A stretch of 64,000 bases of DNA from Lama guanicoe (lineage: Eukaryota). Positions 1 to 13,289 of the stretch are shown one piece after another. Under the pieces are notes generated by a model that had not been told where the DNA came from, searched no databases, and saw only the letters and a program-made list of their open reading frames with translations. Every line of letters begins with the position of its first letter. Position 1 is the first letter of the stretch. A program made the translations under genes and the position numbers. The stretch covers positions 620,001 to 684,000 of the forward strand of contig MU053304.1 in NCBI GenBank assembly GCA_013239625.1. The letters are read 5' to 3'.

Positions 1-355
1 AAATCAACAGAGTAATTGCTTGTTTCTCACTCATAACAGAGTAAGGAGTGAGTATTTCTGGTCAGATGGCCTTCCACATGATCATTTGGGACCTAGGCTT
101 CCTTCACTTTGTGTCTCTGTCCTGTTTTGGGTCCTTGGAAATCTCTTCATTCAGCGAGTGGTTAGGAGAACAAGGAGGGTCCAGTGTGGGGACTTCTATG
201 GGCTGAGACTAGATATGTGTTCACCACTACCTTTGGCTAGAGCTTGGTCAAGTGACCATGGCTCTGTTCCCAAGGGAGGAAGGGAAATGTACAAGAGCCA
301 TGCATCCAGGAATAAGGAATGGTTTGGATGAGCAGCTAGCCAGTCTGCTGCCATT
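1..355 (-). mobile_element. Degenerate MaLR (MLT1-type) LTR fragment
   Basis: Resembles recalled MLT1 consensus blocks; old and diverged. Confidence 0.5.
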
Positions 356-1605
356 GGTCTTCTGTTGATGCTGCCATCAGTTCCAAAGAGTCCAAAACAG
401 AGCCTTTCCCTCAACCCACACCTGCCTCCGAGGTCCTGTTTCCTTGAAAGTGTATCTTGTGTGTCTTGAAAGAGTTTCCCAATTTGCTGTCTGTAATTCC
501 CCTACAATTCCTCCGTGCAGCTGTGATGGAGGTGCCCCCACCCCCTCTGTTCTGTTGAAACTCTTCCCAAGGACACCAGGGACCTCTGTGGCAAAGGTTC
601 CCAGATGCTTTTTAGATCATATCTTAATCCCTGTAATATTTGACACCACTGACCACCCCTTCCTCTCCCTTTGAAATCTCATTCTTTTCATTTTTCTCCT
701 CTCTGAATGCTTCTTCTCGGGCTCTCCCCTTCCTCTGGCCCTCAAATGTTGTTGCTCCTCAGATGACTCCCCCCCCCCCCGCAGCTTATCAGTGGCTTTT
801 ACCCTTTGGGGAGAAGGGGAAAGGGGAGGGCAGTCAGGGAAACTGTTGGCGCATCAGTTAAAAGTTACCAACTCTCTTGCAAGAATTATGTACATGTGCA
901 CCTACACATGTATTTTTATTGCACTTTCAGGAGGTCCTCAGATGCAGATGCTCACCTTGATCTCCAGGTTAAGCACCTCTATTCTATGAGTTTCTTGGGT
1001 GACTCCGTCTAGCTCATGGCTTCAGTTACATGCAGAGCCTTCCAGAGTGATATCTCCAACCCAGCACTTCCTTCTAAATGTCAGCTTGTAAGCCGCTGGA
1101 CCTCTCCATTAGGGTATCCTACAGGCCCTGTCAATGTATGGTGTTCAGGATTGAATTCACCGTTTCCCTAACTTCTAAAGCAGCTCTCCCTTGGTTTTGT
1201 TTATTTTGCTGAATGGTGCCATCATCCACCTAGTTTCTGGCTCAAGTCCAAAACTTGGGAGTCATCTTGTACTCCTATTTTCTCATTTCCCATTTCTATG
1301 TTGCTGCTAAATCCTGTTGCTTATATTACTTAACTAAGCTTTTGAATTTTTCCACTTCTCTAATCCCATTAGTAACAAACATTATTACTCTTGTTGGGAC
1401 CATCATCATCTCTTGCTTGATCTTCTGTGCAAAAGCCCTCTAACTGGTCTCCCTGTGTCTCCATCTATAATCTTTCTGCCTTCAAAACATTCTCCACCCA
1501 AGTGACCAAAAAAAAAACAAAACAAAAACCAAATTAGGTCACATTACTCCCCTGCTTAACAGTCTCCAGTGATTCCCTAAATCATTTATAATAAGACCCA
1601 AACTC

Positions 1606-2495
1606 TTCTTAACAATAAAAAACCCAATTAAAAAATGGACAAAGGACTTGAATAGACATTTCTCCAAAGAAGATGCACCAAATGGCCAATAAGCAAATAA
1701 AAAGATGCTCAGCATCACTAATCATTAGGGAAATACAAATCAAAACTACAAGGAGATACCACCTCACACTCATTAGAATGGCTACTGTAACAACAACAAT
1801 GAAAAAAATAACGTGTTTCTGAGGCTGTGGAGAAATCGGAGACCTGGTACACTGTTGGTGGGAATATAAAATAGTACAACTGCTGTGGAAGACAGTATGG
1901 TGATTATTCAAAAAATAAAAAATAGAATTATCATATGATCCAGTAAATTCACCTCTGGGTATATACCCAAAAGAATGAAAGCATGGTGTCTTAACAGATA
2001 TTCGTACACCCATGTTCATAATGGCTAAATCGTGAAAGCAACCAAAGTGTCTCTCAATGGATTAATGGATAAGCAGTTTGGTATATACATATACATACAA
2101 TGGAATATTAGTCCTCCTTAAAAAGGAAGAAAATTCTGGCACATTCTACAACATGGATGAACCCTGAGAACATTCGGCTAAGTGAAATTAACCAGTCACC
2201 AAAAAACAAATATAGTATGATGCCACTTATTTGGGACACATAGAGTAGTCCAAATCATAGAAACAGGAAGTAGAACAGCGGTTTCCAGGTCTGCAGGGAG
2301 GGGGAGTGTGCATTTTTGTCTAATGGGTATAGAGTTTCAGCTTTACAAGATGAAAAGAGTTCTGGAGACGGATGGTGGTGATAGTTGCACAACGTTATGA
2401 ATCTATTTCATACCATTGAACTGTACACTGAAAAAACAAATTAAGATGGTAAATTTTGTTATATGTATTTTACCATAGTAAAAAAAATTAGGAAA
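1606..2495 (+). mobile_element. L1 3' end (ORF2 C-terminus plus 3'UTR, L1MA/MB-like)
   Basis: Typical L1 text (acttgaatagacatttctccaaagaagat…, tatgatccag…, acatggatgaaccctgag) and an A-rich end. Confidence 0.85.
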
Positions 2496-5212
2496 AAACC
2501 CCCAAACCTCCCACCTAATGTGGGACTACAAAGCCCTGTGTAATTGGGGCTCTCCTGTCTCCCCGATCTCTTCACCACTTGCTCCTCACTGCATGCCTGA
2601 TAGTCGCTTGCTTTCTGTGCCTTGAGTCCTTTGACATAACTGTTCCCACTGCCTGGAATAGTCCTTTCCAGATCTCCTGACCACTCAGATCGGAGCTACT
2701 TCTGAGAAGTATCCTTCTCCATGCATGATATCAGGAGGCACGTGGTTTCCATCTGCCCCTTTCCTGGTGATGTTCACTTTGGTCATTTGGTTAAGATGAT
2801 TTCTATCAGGTTTCTTTTTATAAAATTACTCATTTATAAGTATCTTATGGAGAGATATTTGAGACTCTAATATCCCATCATCCTGCTTTCTCACACTAAT
2901 TTTACCATCTATTGCTAAATCTTGCCTGAAACAATTATTGCTGAATGGTGGTTTTCAGTTTTTCTCATTTTACATCTATTAGTTAGAATTCTGTGAGATA
3001 GGCTTCCCTTATTTATTTCTTCATTCATTCAAGTATTTATATCAATATGGACTCACAGATTCTTATTTTATTCTATAGGTTCTTATTCTGTGGATTATCA
3101 TCTGTTACCATCATTATTTATTTTGTCTGTCAGATTGTCCCAGATTTGGCCTGGGAGCCCATTCAAGTTGCCTCCTGCGTCCCCATCATTATTTGAGCCC
3201 TTTCTTCCCTTCTGGCACCACAAGGATGTTGGAGGCTCATCTTGTGCTTTCCTCGCTGCAACCCTGGAAATAGCTATTTCTGCACAGAGTCGTGGTGCCT
3301 CTTCTGGGAGAACAGCATTAGACACCAAGACCCAGGCCCTGGTGAGTTCCCTGGTGGTGTGCTTTAGGACTTTCAGGCCCTCTCGGTGGACAGAGTTAAG
3401 TAAACGTATATGGACACACGTGCATGTCTAAAGCTATTTCTCCATCTATCAATGTGTATTTTGAAAACCATGAGTTCACACTGAAGCCACCACAGTGTTC
3501 ATCAACACCACAGTGTTTATTTCAGCCCACCGCTTCATTACTTCCAGCTCAGTTTTCTGACAGTCAGAAATCTGGGTCTCATTAGTCACAATGTATTTAC
3601 TTATTTGCTTAGTGCTGGAATACACATAAGCAGTTTCTGAATTTCTAAACCATAGCTCTGTGAAAATTGAACCTTCTACTTAGAGTACAATATTGTGCTG
3701 CTTTTTCCCTGTAGTCTTGGAATATATAGTCAAATACTCATTTCTGAATTCGCTCAGGTGAGTGCTCCCCGGAGTCCTCAGTGTTGTGATGTTACTCATT
3801 TGTGGTACAGTTTGGCTCATTCGTGTCTGTTTGTACTCCACGTTGGGTCGTCTCCACTCCCTGCCTTTCCCAATTCCTCGTTGTTTGAATTTTAAAAATG
3901 TGTGGAACATAGAAATGATTCTAAAAGTTGGAACTACACAGAGATACTCAGACAAATGTCACTTCCCCATGTCACCCCCTCCCGTCCTTCACACCCTGCC
4001 CCACCCCTACAAGTAACCGATCTCGTTAGTTTCTGGCTTATCTGAATTTATCACTTTTTGCACATGAATATTTTCTAGTTCCCCCGCTTTACATGATAGG
4101 CAGTGTGCTATAGATCGCTCTTGCACTTTGCTTTTTTCACTCGACAGTTTCTTGGGAATCATCCATAAACGTTTGGGCTATTGTGTTACGGCACTGTTAC
4201 TCACCACCAGTTCATTTCAACTGTTTCCCCGGTCCTAGAAGGGGAGGTGGAGGGAGGCCAGGCTGGAGGGGCAGGCAGAGGCCAGATCCCCACCCAGGCC
4301 CTTGCTTGCTGCACTAGTGACTGGGACAGGGCCTGGGCAGGGCCAGGGTGAGGAGACAGGGAGCCCAGCCAGGAGACCCCGCAGTCGCCTTGGCCTGAAC
4401 GAAGGCAGGGGCAGAGGAGATGGAAGGAAGGGGACTAATTGGGGAGGGTGACATCTGGATATGGGGGGACAGCAGACAAAGAAGCAAAGATGCCTCCCAG
4501 ATTTCTAGCTTGGTGACCAAGGGAGAGAATGGAAGGCAGAGGAGCTGGTTTGAGGGAAACCAAAAGGCTGATTGAGAGCTTGTTAGAGGGCAGGGGTAGG
4601 GGCTGTGTACCATCAGCAGATAGCTATGGTTTAAATGATGGCTGTGCATGGGATGCCAAAAAGTGAGATTCAAAAACGGGTGTGGTATAATGCTGAGTGA
4701 AAGTAGCCAGACCCAAAGGCTACCTGCTGTATGATGCCATATCTATGACATTCTGGAAAAGGCAAAACCAGAGAGACAGAAAGTAGATCAGTGATTGCCG
4801 GGGCTGGGAGTGAGAAAGCGAACTGACCACAAAGAGCGTGAGGGATATTTCTGGGAGTGGAATACTCAGTCTGGATTATATCATGACTGCATATGTTTAC
4901 TGAAACTCATTGAACTGGACACACACAAAAGGGATGAGTCTTACTGTGTAATTTTATATCTCAATAGGTGACTTTTTGAAAAATGGAAGAGCCTAGGGGA
5001 TGCTGATGGCTGTGGGGCATTAAGGAGAGGGTCCAGAGGAGAATGAGGGTCCCTGAGCTGCGTCCTGAGACACTATGGAACAGAAGAATTGAGTGTCAAA
5101 TACCAAAAGGGACAAGTAAGATGAGACCTAGCAGGTTTCCCTTGGATGTGACAACCAGGAGGCCACTGATGACCCTGACCAGAGGGGATTTGTTTTTTCT
5201 CCTGTGTAAGAT

Positions 5213-5290
5213 TCCATCTTCCCCATGTAGGGTCCCCAGTCCTCCCTGTGTAGGGTCTCCATCCTCCCCATGTAGGGTCCTCATCCTTTC
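5213..5290. repeat. Minisatellite, about 3.5 copies of a 21-22 bp unit (CCATCCTCCCCATGTAGGGTCC)
   Basis: Unit visibly repeated. Confidence 0.8.
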
Positions 5291-5439
5291 CAGGCTTCCC
5301 AGAAGACAGTGAGCTGTGGAGACAGGCATGATCAGGAGCCCCAGAAACGCTGAGCAAAGGCAAGGCAAGGGGAAGGGCCCAGCACATTTCTGGGAAATGG
5401 CAGTGATGGGGACCCCTGAGGCAGCATAGGTCCTGCCTC

Positions 5440-5565
5440 CCAGCACCATAATTTAGGGCCTACTGCAAAATGAAAATGCAGGGCTCCTGCTCAACAGTTA
5501 TTGAGCATTATACCGATCCCAGGGCCCTTCTAAGGGTGGGTGGCATGCCCATGAAGCTGGCATGA
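5440..5565 (-). mobile_element. MER45A-like non-autonomous hAT
   Basis: tgcaaaatgaaaatgcagggc…gcccatgaagctggc matches recalled MER45A in reverse. Confidence 0.6.
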
Positions 5566-5681
5566 AGTCGCGTTCCCAAGAAAGCACAGTACTAACTATA
5601 GGATCTGGCTGGAGAGGCCCCGCTGCCTTCTCCGTGGCCGGCGGGGCTCCCAGGCTTCGCCAGAACCTGGACATACCGCCA

Positions 5682-5715
5682 TGCTGCCACCTGCTGGCCG
5701 TATCAGGCCACTGCA
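5682..5715 (-). promoter_or_regulatory. Candidate CTCF site with upstream TGCAG module
   Basis: Minus strand reads TGCAG-N13-CCAGCAGGTGGCAGCA. Confidence 0.6.
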
Positions 5716-6421
5716 CCTCCCTTCAGAGAAGGACCTCGGGTAGAGTGGGAAAACCGGCTTGGTGATCTCCAGGCGACCCAGCCCTTCCTTTCACCCAGGA
5801 GAAAACAGCCCCTGGGGCCATTCTGCCTGAGGTCACACCAGCCACAGCACTTAACTGTTGTGTTTGAACCTCATTGTTCTTTACAATCCCGCAAAGTAGA
5901 GATGATACTCCCATATAGGTGGGGGGAGGGAGTTTAGAATTTGAGGTTTCCAACTATTGTAGTTGCCTCCGAGGACCCTTTGTTGTCTAGGCACTCCCTT
6001 GATCGTTCTTTGGGGGCCCTCTAGCCCAAGGGCTGACCCACCCGGGCCTGGGGCTGCGACAGGTGGGAGGCCCTCACGGATCAGCATAATCCCACTACCT
6101 GGCTGCAGGGTAGGCCTGTAACCCAAAGACAGTGAGCAAACTTCTTTTTGGCTGGGACTGCTGGAAAAGATGTTTTCTAGCTCCCTCTGTACCCTAGAAT
6201 GTGTAGTTGTTGCTTCAATGAAAGGATGAAAGCTGGTCTGAGCATGACGCTGACCTGGAGAAATGGGGAAAGACAGACAAAAAAGTGAGTACAGGATGAC
6301 ACCCTTGAGCTGCTGGTCAAGCCAGCCCTGAAGTGCTGAGAGTCTGAATCCCCTTGTGTATGTAAACAGTTTTGAGCAGCTGTTTACAATGAAAGGTGTC
6401 TAATGCAAAAGTCCCTCAAAC

Positions 6422-7059
6422 TGATACAGGAAAAATGAGTGTGGGGCACGAGAAGGGCCGAATCCCAGGTCTCAGCTGAGCCCCTGGGACGTGGCCGGCC
6501 AAGTGTGGGTCTTTGGCTTCGCGCAGGAAAGAATTCAAGAGCGAGCCACAGTTGAGTAAAGGTAGATTTATTCAGAGAGATACACACTACATAGAGTGTA
6601 GGCTATTTTAAAAGGCGAGAGAAAGGCCAAGACGGGGTGTGGGGGTGGGTGCTCAGGTTAAAGTACATACTCCATAGACAGAGTGCAGGTTGTTTCCAAA
6701 GATGAGGGAGTGAGAGAGGCAGCGACTGGGTTTTATGGGCTTGGTAGCCTCGTATGCTAGCAAGTGGGAGGACCATTCTAACTACTCCGGGAAAGGGGCT
6801 GGGATTCCCAGGAATTTGGCCACTGCCCACTCTTTGACCTTTTATGGTTAGCTTTGGAGCTGTCATGGCACCTGTGGGAGTGCCATTTACCATGTTAATA
6901 TTACAGTGAGCGTATAATGAAGCTTAAGGTCTACTAGAAGTCAAATCTCCTGCCATCTTGAGCCTCAAGGCCTACTGGGAGTTGAATCTTCCACCATTTC
7001 GGTTTCAATTGCTGTCATTCCTTGAATGGCTGTGCCCTGACCCCTTCCCTCCTGTCTCA
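6422..7059 (-). mobile_element. Solo ERV1-class LTR
   Basis: TG…CA ends with inverted repeat (TGATACAGGA…TCCTGTCTCA); similar flanks caaac/aaaac; internal direct repeat. Confidence 0.75.
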
Positions 7060-7141
7060 AAAACTCGATCTGTGTATCTAGCCCCATCTGCCAAGATCAC
7101 AAGTCCTCACATCTCAGTCTCTTTTGAGTCTTCAAAGGCAC

Positions 7142-7146
<5 letters not shown>

Positions 7147-7190
<44 letters not shown>
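7147..7190. repeat. (CT)n microsatellite
   Basis: Direct inspection. Confidence 0.95.
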
Positions 7191-7191
<1 letters not shown>

Positions 7192-8606
7192 TCCCCATGG
7201 CCTTTGCATAGGCTGTTGTGCCTGCCTGGGACACTCTCCCCTCCCTCATCTAGCTGACTGATCCTAGGGGCCCTTAGGGTTTTAGCCTACCTGGCATCTC
7301 CTCTTCCTAACTCCGGTTTACTCCAGAAACGTTGGCTGAGCTCCTACTTTGCCAGGCACCAGGCTAGGCCCAGCTCCCCCACGGGGAGCTCTGGAGATGC
7401 TGGTGATTTCAAGGGGAGTGGGGAACGTCAATCAAAGGGTCACACTCATGTCCTCAGAAGGAGACTTGGACCTTGAAGTAAGAGTATGGCTGGGTGAATT
7501 TGGGGATGTCAAAGAAAGCCAGTAAAACTGGAAAGCAGAGCCAGGGAGTTGGGAATGGGTCTTACTGTCATAGGAGCACGAAGGTGGTGAGGAGGCTTAG
7601 GGTTCTAGACATACAGTGAAGGTAGTCAACTGGCCTTCCACGTTTGCCAAGCTACCTTCTGAGTCAGCTTCTGTTGTAGGTCTGCACATAATCTGATCCT
7701 GGTCTAGTAAGAGCTGTATTTCTCCTTGAAGGCTAATATGTTTTTATATGGATTTTTAAATTGTGATTTAATTCACATATCATAATATTCACTCTTTCAA
7801 AGTGTACAATTCAGTGGGGTTTTTTGGCTCATTTTGGTATCTTCACAAAGCTGTGAGACCGTCACAACTGTCTAATTCTAGAACGTTTTCATGACCTTAA
7901 AAAGAGACCCTCTGCCCATCCGCAGTCACTCCCCACTTCCCTCCTCCCTTGGTCTCTGGCAGCTACTAATCTCCTTTCTGTCTCTGTTGGATGTTTCATA
8001 TAAGTGAAATTATAAAATATGCGGTATTTTGCATCTGGCTTCTTTCACTTGACATAATATTTTCAAAGTCCATCCATGTTGTAACAAATATAAGTGCTTT
8101 GTTTCTTTGTATTGCTGAATAATATTCCATTGTGGATAGACCACCTTTTGTTTATGCATTCATTCTTGTTAGACATTTAGGTTGTTTTGCCTTTTTGTCT
8201 ACTGTGAATAATGCTACTGTGAACATTCATGTGCAGTTTTTGTATGGATATATGCTTTCATTTCTCTTGGCCAGACACGTAGGAGTAGATTTGCTGGATT
8301 ACATGGTAACGCTATGTTTAACCATTTGAGGAACTGGCAGACAATTTTCCAAAGCAGCTGCACCATTTTGCGCTTCCACCAGTAGTGTTGAAGTCTTCCA
8401 ATTTCTCCAGATCCTCACTAACACCTGTTATTATCTGACTTTTTCTTATTGCCATCCTAGTAGGTGTGAAGATGTATCTTGTTGTGGTTTTTATTTGCAT
8501 TTTCTTGATGGCTAATGATGTTGAGCATCTTTTCATGTATGTATTTGATATTTATTATATCTTCTTTGAAGATTGTGTATTCAAATGCTTTGCCCATTTT
8601 TAAATT

Positions 8607-8942
8607 TCATTTAATTTAATTTATTTTTTACTTTTTTTATTGTGTGATAGTCATTTTACAATGTTGTGTCAAATTCTAGTGCAGAGCACAATTTTTCAGT
8701 TATACATGAACATATATATATACTCATTGTCATTTTTTTTTCACAGTGAGCTACCACAAGATCTTGTATATATTTCCCTGTACTATGCAGTATAATCTTG
8801 TTTACCTATTCTGCATTTTAAAATACCAGTCTGTCCCTTCCCAACCCCCGTCCCCTGGGCAAGTTTGTATTCTATGTCTATGAGTCTGTTTCTGTTTTGT
8901 ATGTATGTATGTATGTATGTATGTATGTATGTATGTATGTAT

Positions 8943-8977
<35 letters not shown>

Positions 8978-11736
8978 TTTTAGATTCCTCATATGAGCAA
9001 TCTCATATGGTATTTTTCTTTTTCTTTCTGGCTTACTTCACTTAGAATGACATTCTCCAGGAACATCCATGTTGCTGCAAGTGGCATTATGTTGTCATTT
9101 TTATGGCTGATATGACAACATATTTTATGGCTCAATAGTATTGCATCGTATAAATAAACCACAGCTTCTTTATCCAGTCATCTGTTGATGGACATTTAGG
9201 CTGCTTCCATGTCTTGGCTATTGTAAATAGTGCTGCTATGGGGTGCAGGTGTCATTTTGAAGTAAGGTTCCTTCTGGATATATGCCCAGGAGCAGGATTC
9301 CTGGGTCATATGGTAAGTCTTTTCCTAGTCTTTTGAGGAATCTCCATACTATTTCCCACAGTGGCTTTCCTTGCTTCCCTTTCCCATTCTTAATGATTTA
9401 GATGTCTTCTTTTACAATTTTGTGTTTATTATTTCTGTAATTCAGGCAGTTATCTCCTTTCCAGTTATGAGTTTCTCATTTTTGTAGCATCCTGCTTTTT
9501 TTCTATTTAGAGTAGACCTGTCAATATTTCTTTCAGCATGGGTTTAGTGTCATTAAACTCTTTTAGTTTTTGCTTGTCTGTGAAATTCTTTATCTCTCCT
9601 TCTATTTTAAAGGATAGCCTTGCTGGATAGAGTATCTTAAGGCTGCATCTTTTTTTCATTCAGGACTTTGACTATATCTTGCCACTCCCTTCTGGCCTGT
9701 AGTGTTTGTGTAGAGAAATCAGCTGAGAGCCTTATGGGGGTTCCCTTGTAACTCACTCTTTGCTTTTCTCTTGCTGCCTTTAGGATCATTTCTTTATCCT
9801 TGACTCTGGCCATCTTGATTATGATATATCTTGGTGTGGGTCTGTTTGGGTTTGTCCTGTTTGGGACCCTCTGAGCCTCCTGTACTTGGATATCTGATTC
9901 CGTTAGGTTTGGGAAGTTTTCAATCATGATTTCTTCAAATACCTTTTCTATCCCCTTTGTTCTTTCTTCCCCTTCTGGAACCCCTATTATGCGTAGATTG
10001 GCACGCTTTATATTATCCCATAGGTCCCTTATATTGTTTTGTTTTTTATTTTTCTCTCAGCTGTTCTGATTGGGTGCTTTCTGTTGTCCTGTCTTCTAGG
10101 TCACTTATTTGTTCCTCTACATTATCTAGCCTGCTTTGCACAGCCTTTAGGTCAGCTCTCATCTCAGCAAATGAGTTTACTAATTCTACTTGGTTCTTCT
10201 TTATAGCTTCTATTTCATTTTTGACATATTTTAAATCCCTAAACACTATTTCTTTTAGTTCCTTCAGTACTTTGATCACTCCTTTTTTGAAATCTTGATC
10301 TAGTAGGCCATCAATGTCTATTTCCTTGATCATGCTTTCAGGGGGTTTCTCTTGATCTTTTAATTGGGAGTGGCTCCTCTGCTTCTTCATATTGCTCATA
10401 TCTCTCTGGCACTGTGGCTTAAGGAGTATCAGTTATCTAGTTCTCCTGGAGATGGTGTGCTCTTAATGATTTTATCGAGAGCTCTTTGTGTCTTCGCCCT
10501 GTTTCGTGAACTCAGCTTGCTGCTTCCAGAGGCCCTCTGTTGGCGCCCTCGTCTGTGCTGCTCCCAGTGGCTGTCAGCTAGCAGATCGTGCCCCCTCCCA
10601 ACACTGGGTGCTGAGCTCTTACCAGGTGGGCGGGCGGGTCACTCCCCCTCCCAATGTCGCAGTCAGATGCTGCAGTCCGGTGAGGCCGGTGGGCAGATCC
10701 CGCCCCCTCCCAGCACCGTGGTCAGGTGCTGCGTTCCTGCCAGGAAGGTGAGTGGCTGCCTACCCTCTCCCAGTGCCAGTCACTCCGCTGCTCTGTGCAG
10801 CTGTCCACTCTGCCTCTGGTGGGCGCTCGGAAGGCAGGCTCGGGGAAGACCGCAGAATGGCCCCACCCCTCCTCTGTGCCAGATCACAGCTCCTTGTTTG
10901 TCTTGGTGGCGCGAGTTCTCTGAGGTGCCAGGGCAGAAAGATCCTATCTGCCTTGGGCTGTAAACAAGTCTCAGTCCTGCCTAGGAGGTTGCAGAGCCCC
11001 CAGGTGCAGATTCAGGTCTCGGCCCTGCCCCTGGCCGGGCGCTGCACACAGGAGGAGATGGTGGCTGTGGCTGTGCCCCACCTCTCTTCTCGCAAGAAGG
11101 GTCAGTAATGGCGACGCAGGTCTGAGGAGACAAAGGCTATGGCACCCCTCCCCCCAGGGCACACCAGACTTGTTGCTTTGCTTTTTTCGCAATTTATGGG
11201 GGACTGAGGTGGTTCTGCTCCATATCCCCTCCCAGCCTCGGCATGCAGCCCCCTGCAGTCCCCCGGCGCTGCCTCAGCGCAGCTGTCCCCGTCCTCTGCC
11301 CGGCTCGGGCGGCCTGTCCCAGCTCCAGCTGCCGGCTAGCGTCTCGGGCTGGGTGTCACGGGGACCCTTTGTGCCCATTTAACTCAGTTCTGTCGGTCAA
11401 GGGGTGCTCGGGGCAGATCTGAGCCTCAGAGGCTCCCCCTCCGTCCTGCTGGCCTCTCCGTTGGAGAGGGGAGACCCAGTGAGCGAGCGCCAGTCCTCCT
11501 TTGCCACTCCCTCCCTGCGGGATTAGTCCCGCACTGTTTTGCTTTTTCTTCTTTCTTTTCTCCTTTTCTCCTACCAGATTTTTGGTGTCTTTGTCTTTGG
11601 AAGAGGGTGATGTTCTGTTGGAGTTCGGCAGGTGCTCTGGTTGGCTGAGTAGGTCCGTAGATGTGAATTTTGGTGTATTTGTGGGAGAGGGTGAGCTACA
11701 AGCGTCCTTCTACTCCGCCATCTTGCTTCTCTACCC
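8607..11736 (-). mobile_element. Young L1-derived element: full 5'UTR, ORF1 and 3' end, lacking almost all of ORF2 (HAL1-like)
   Basis: L1 5' start AAGATGGCGGAGTAG near 11710-24; GC-rich 5'UTR; ORF1 pieces 10046-10399 and 9637-9927; jump to the ORF2 tail at ~9365; TSD tgcccattttt(a/t)aatt at 8591-8606 and 11737-11752. Confidence 0.85.
8900..8979. repeat. Compound (TATG)n(TATT)n microsatellite in the L1 3'UTR
   Basis: Direct inspection. Confidence 0.95.
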
Positions 11737-13289
11737 TGCCCATTTTTTAATTGGGTGTTTTTAAATTTTTTTATTTGTTGTTATTGTTGTTGACTTATAG
11801 GAATTCTTTGCATGTTCTGGATACTAACCTCTTACCAGATGTATGATTAGCAAATATTTTCTCCCACTTGTGGGTTATCTTTTCACTTTCTTGATAGAGT
11901 CCTTTGCAACACAAAAGGTTTTTTTATTTTGCTGAAGTACAATTTATCTTTTTCTTTTGTTACTTATGCCTTTGGTGTTATAGTTAGGAAACCACTGCCT
12001 ACCCTAAGATTAGGAAGATTTCCACCTATATTTTCTTCTAAGAGTTTTATAGTTTTAACCCTTACATTTAGGTCATTGATCCATTTCGAATTAATTTTTG
12101 TAAATGGTAGGAGATTGGCATCCAATTCATTCTTTTGCATGTAGATATCCAGTTGTCCCAGAACCATTTGTTGAAGAAACTGTTTCCCTATTATCTTGGC
12201 ACCTTTGTCAAAATCAATTGACCATAAATGTGTGGGTTTATTTCTGGACTTTCATCTCTATTCATTGATTTATAGGTGTATTCTTATGCCAGTACCACAC
12301 AGTCTTGACTATCATAGCTTTATGATAACTTTTGAAATCAAAAAGTATGTCTTCTAACTTTGTTCTTTTCCAGGATTGTTTTGGCTCTTCTGGGTCTCTT
12401 GAATTTTGTATGAATTTTAGGATCAGTGTGCCATTTCTACAAAGCAGGTGGCTGGAATTTTGATAGGAATTGTGTTGAACCTGAGATCAACTTGGGGAGT
12501 ATTGACATCTTAACAAAATTAAATCTTTCAATCCATGAACACAGGATTTCTCTCAATGATGTTTTGTAGTTTTCAGTGTACAAATCTTGAACTCTTGTTA
12601 AACTTATTCCCAGGTGTTTTACTCCTTTTGATTCTAGTGTAAACAGAATTGTTTTCTTAACTCCATTTTTGATTATTCATTGCTGTCGTATAGAAACATA
12701 ATTGATTTTTGCATTTATCTTGTATCTTGCAATCTTACTGAACTTTTCATTATCTTGAATAGCTTTTTGTGAAATCCTGTTGGATTTTCTATATATGAGA
12801 TCATATGATCCACAGGTAGAGACAGGTAGAGACAGTTTTACTTCTTCCTTTCTGAACTGGATGCCTTTCTTTCCTCTCCCAAACCACCTTGGACAGAACC
12901 TCTAGTACAATATTGAGTAGTGGTGGTGAGAACAGGCATCTTTGTTTTGTTTCTAATCTTAAAGGAAAAAGCATTCAGTCTTTCACCGCCAAGTATGATG
13001 TTAATTGAATTTTTTGTGGATGCCTGTTATCAGATTGAGGAAGTAGCCTTCTGTTTCTTTTTTGAGTGTTTTTATCATGAAAGGTGTTAGATTTTGTGAA
13101 ACATTTTTTCTGCATTTACTGAGTATAGTATATGGTTTCTGTCCTTTATGGTTAACATATTTTTAAAAGTAGTTATTTGTGCAGTTAGAGGAATAGGAAC
13201 CAGGAAAATGGGAGACAGGAGAGCAAGAGATATCCTTTTATGTTTTTTGGTTTCTTGAATATATTTCTTGTTAAAAAATGAAATTGTCT

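Larger units (their letters stand above)
7760..13150 (-). mobile_element. Old L1 (L1MB-like; ORF2 3' half plus 3'UTR) split by the younger insertion at 8607-11736
   Basis: L1 ORF2 remnants (KWINDLNVRVKTIKLLEENIG; MQIKTTTRY) are colinear across the insertion. Confidence 0.85.

Noticed and set aside
10364..11382. GC/CpG-rich block with a 199-aa ORF as a second gene promoter
   Set aside because: It is the 5'UTR of the L1-derived element.
12816..12836. Small local tandem duplications (also 40644-40669 and 55345-55380)
   Set aside because: Ordinary slippage duplications inside dead repeats.
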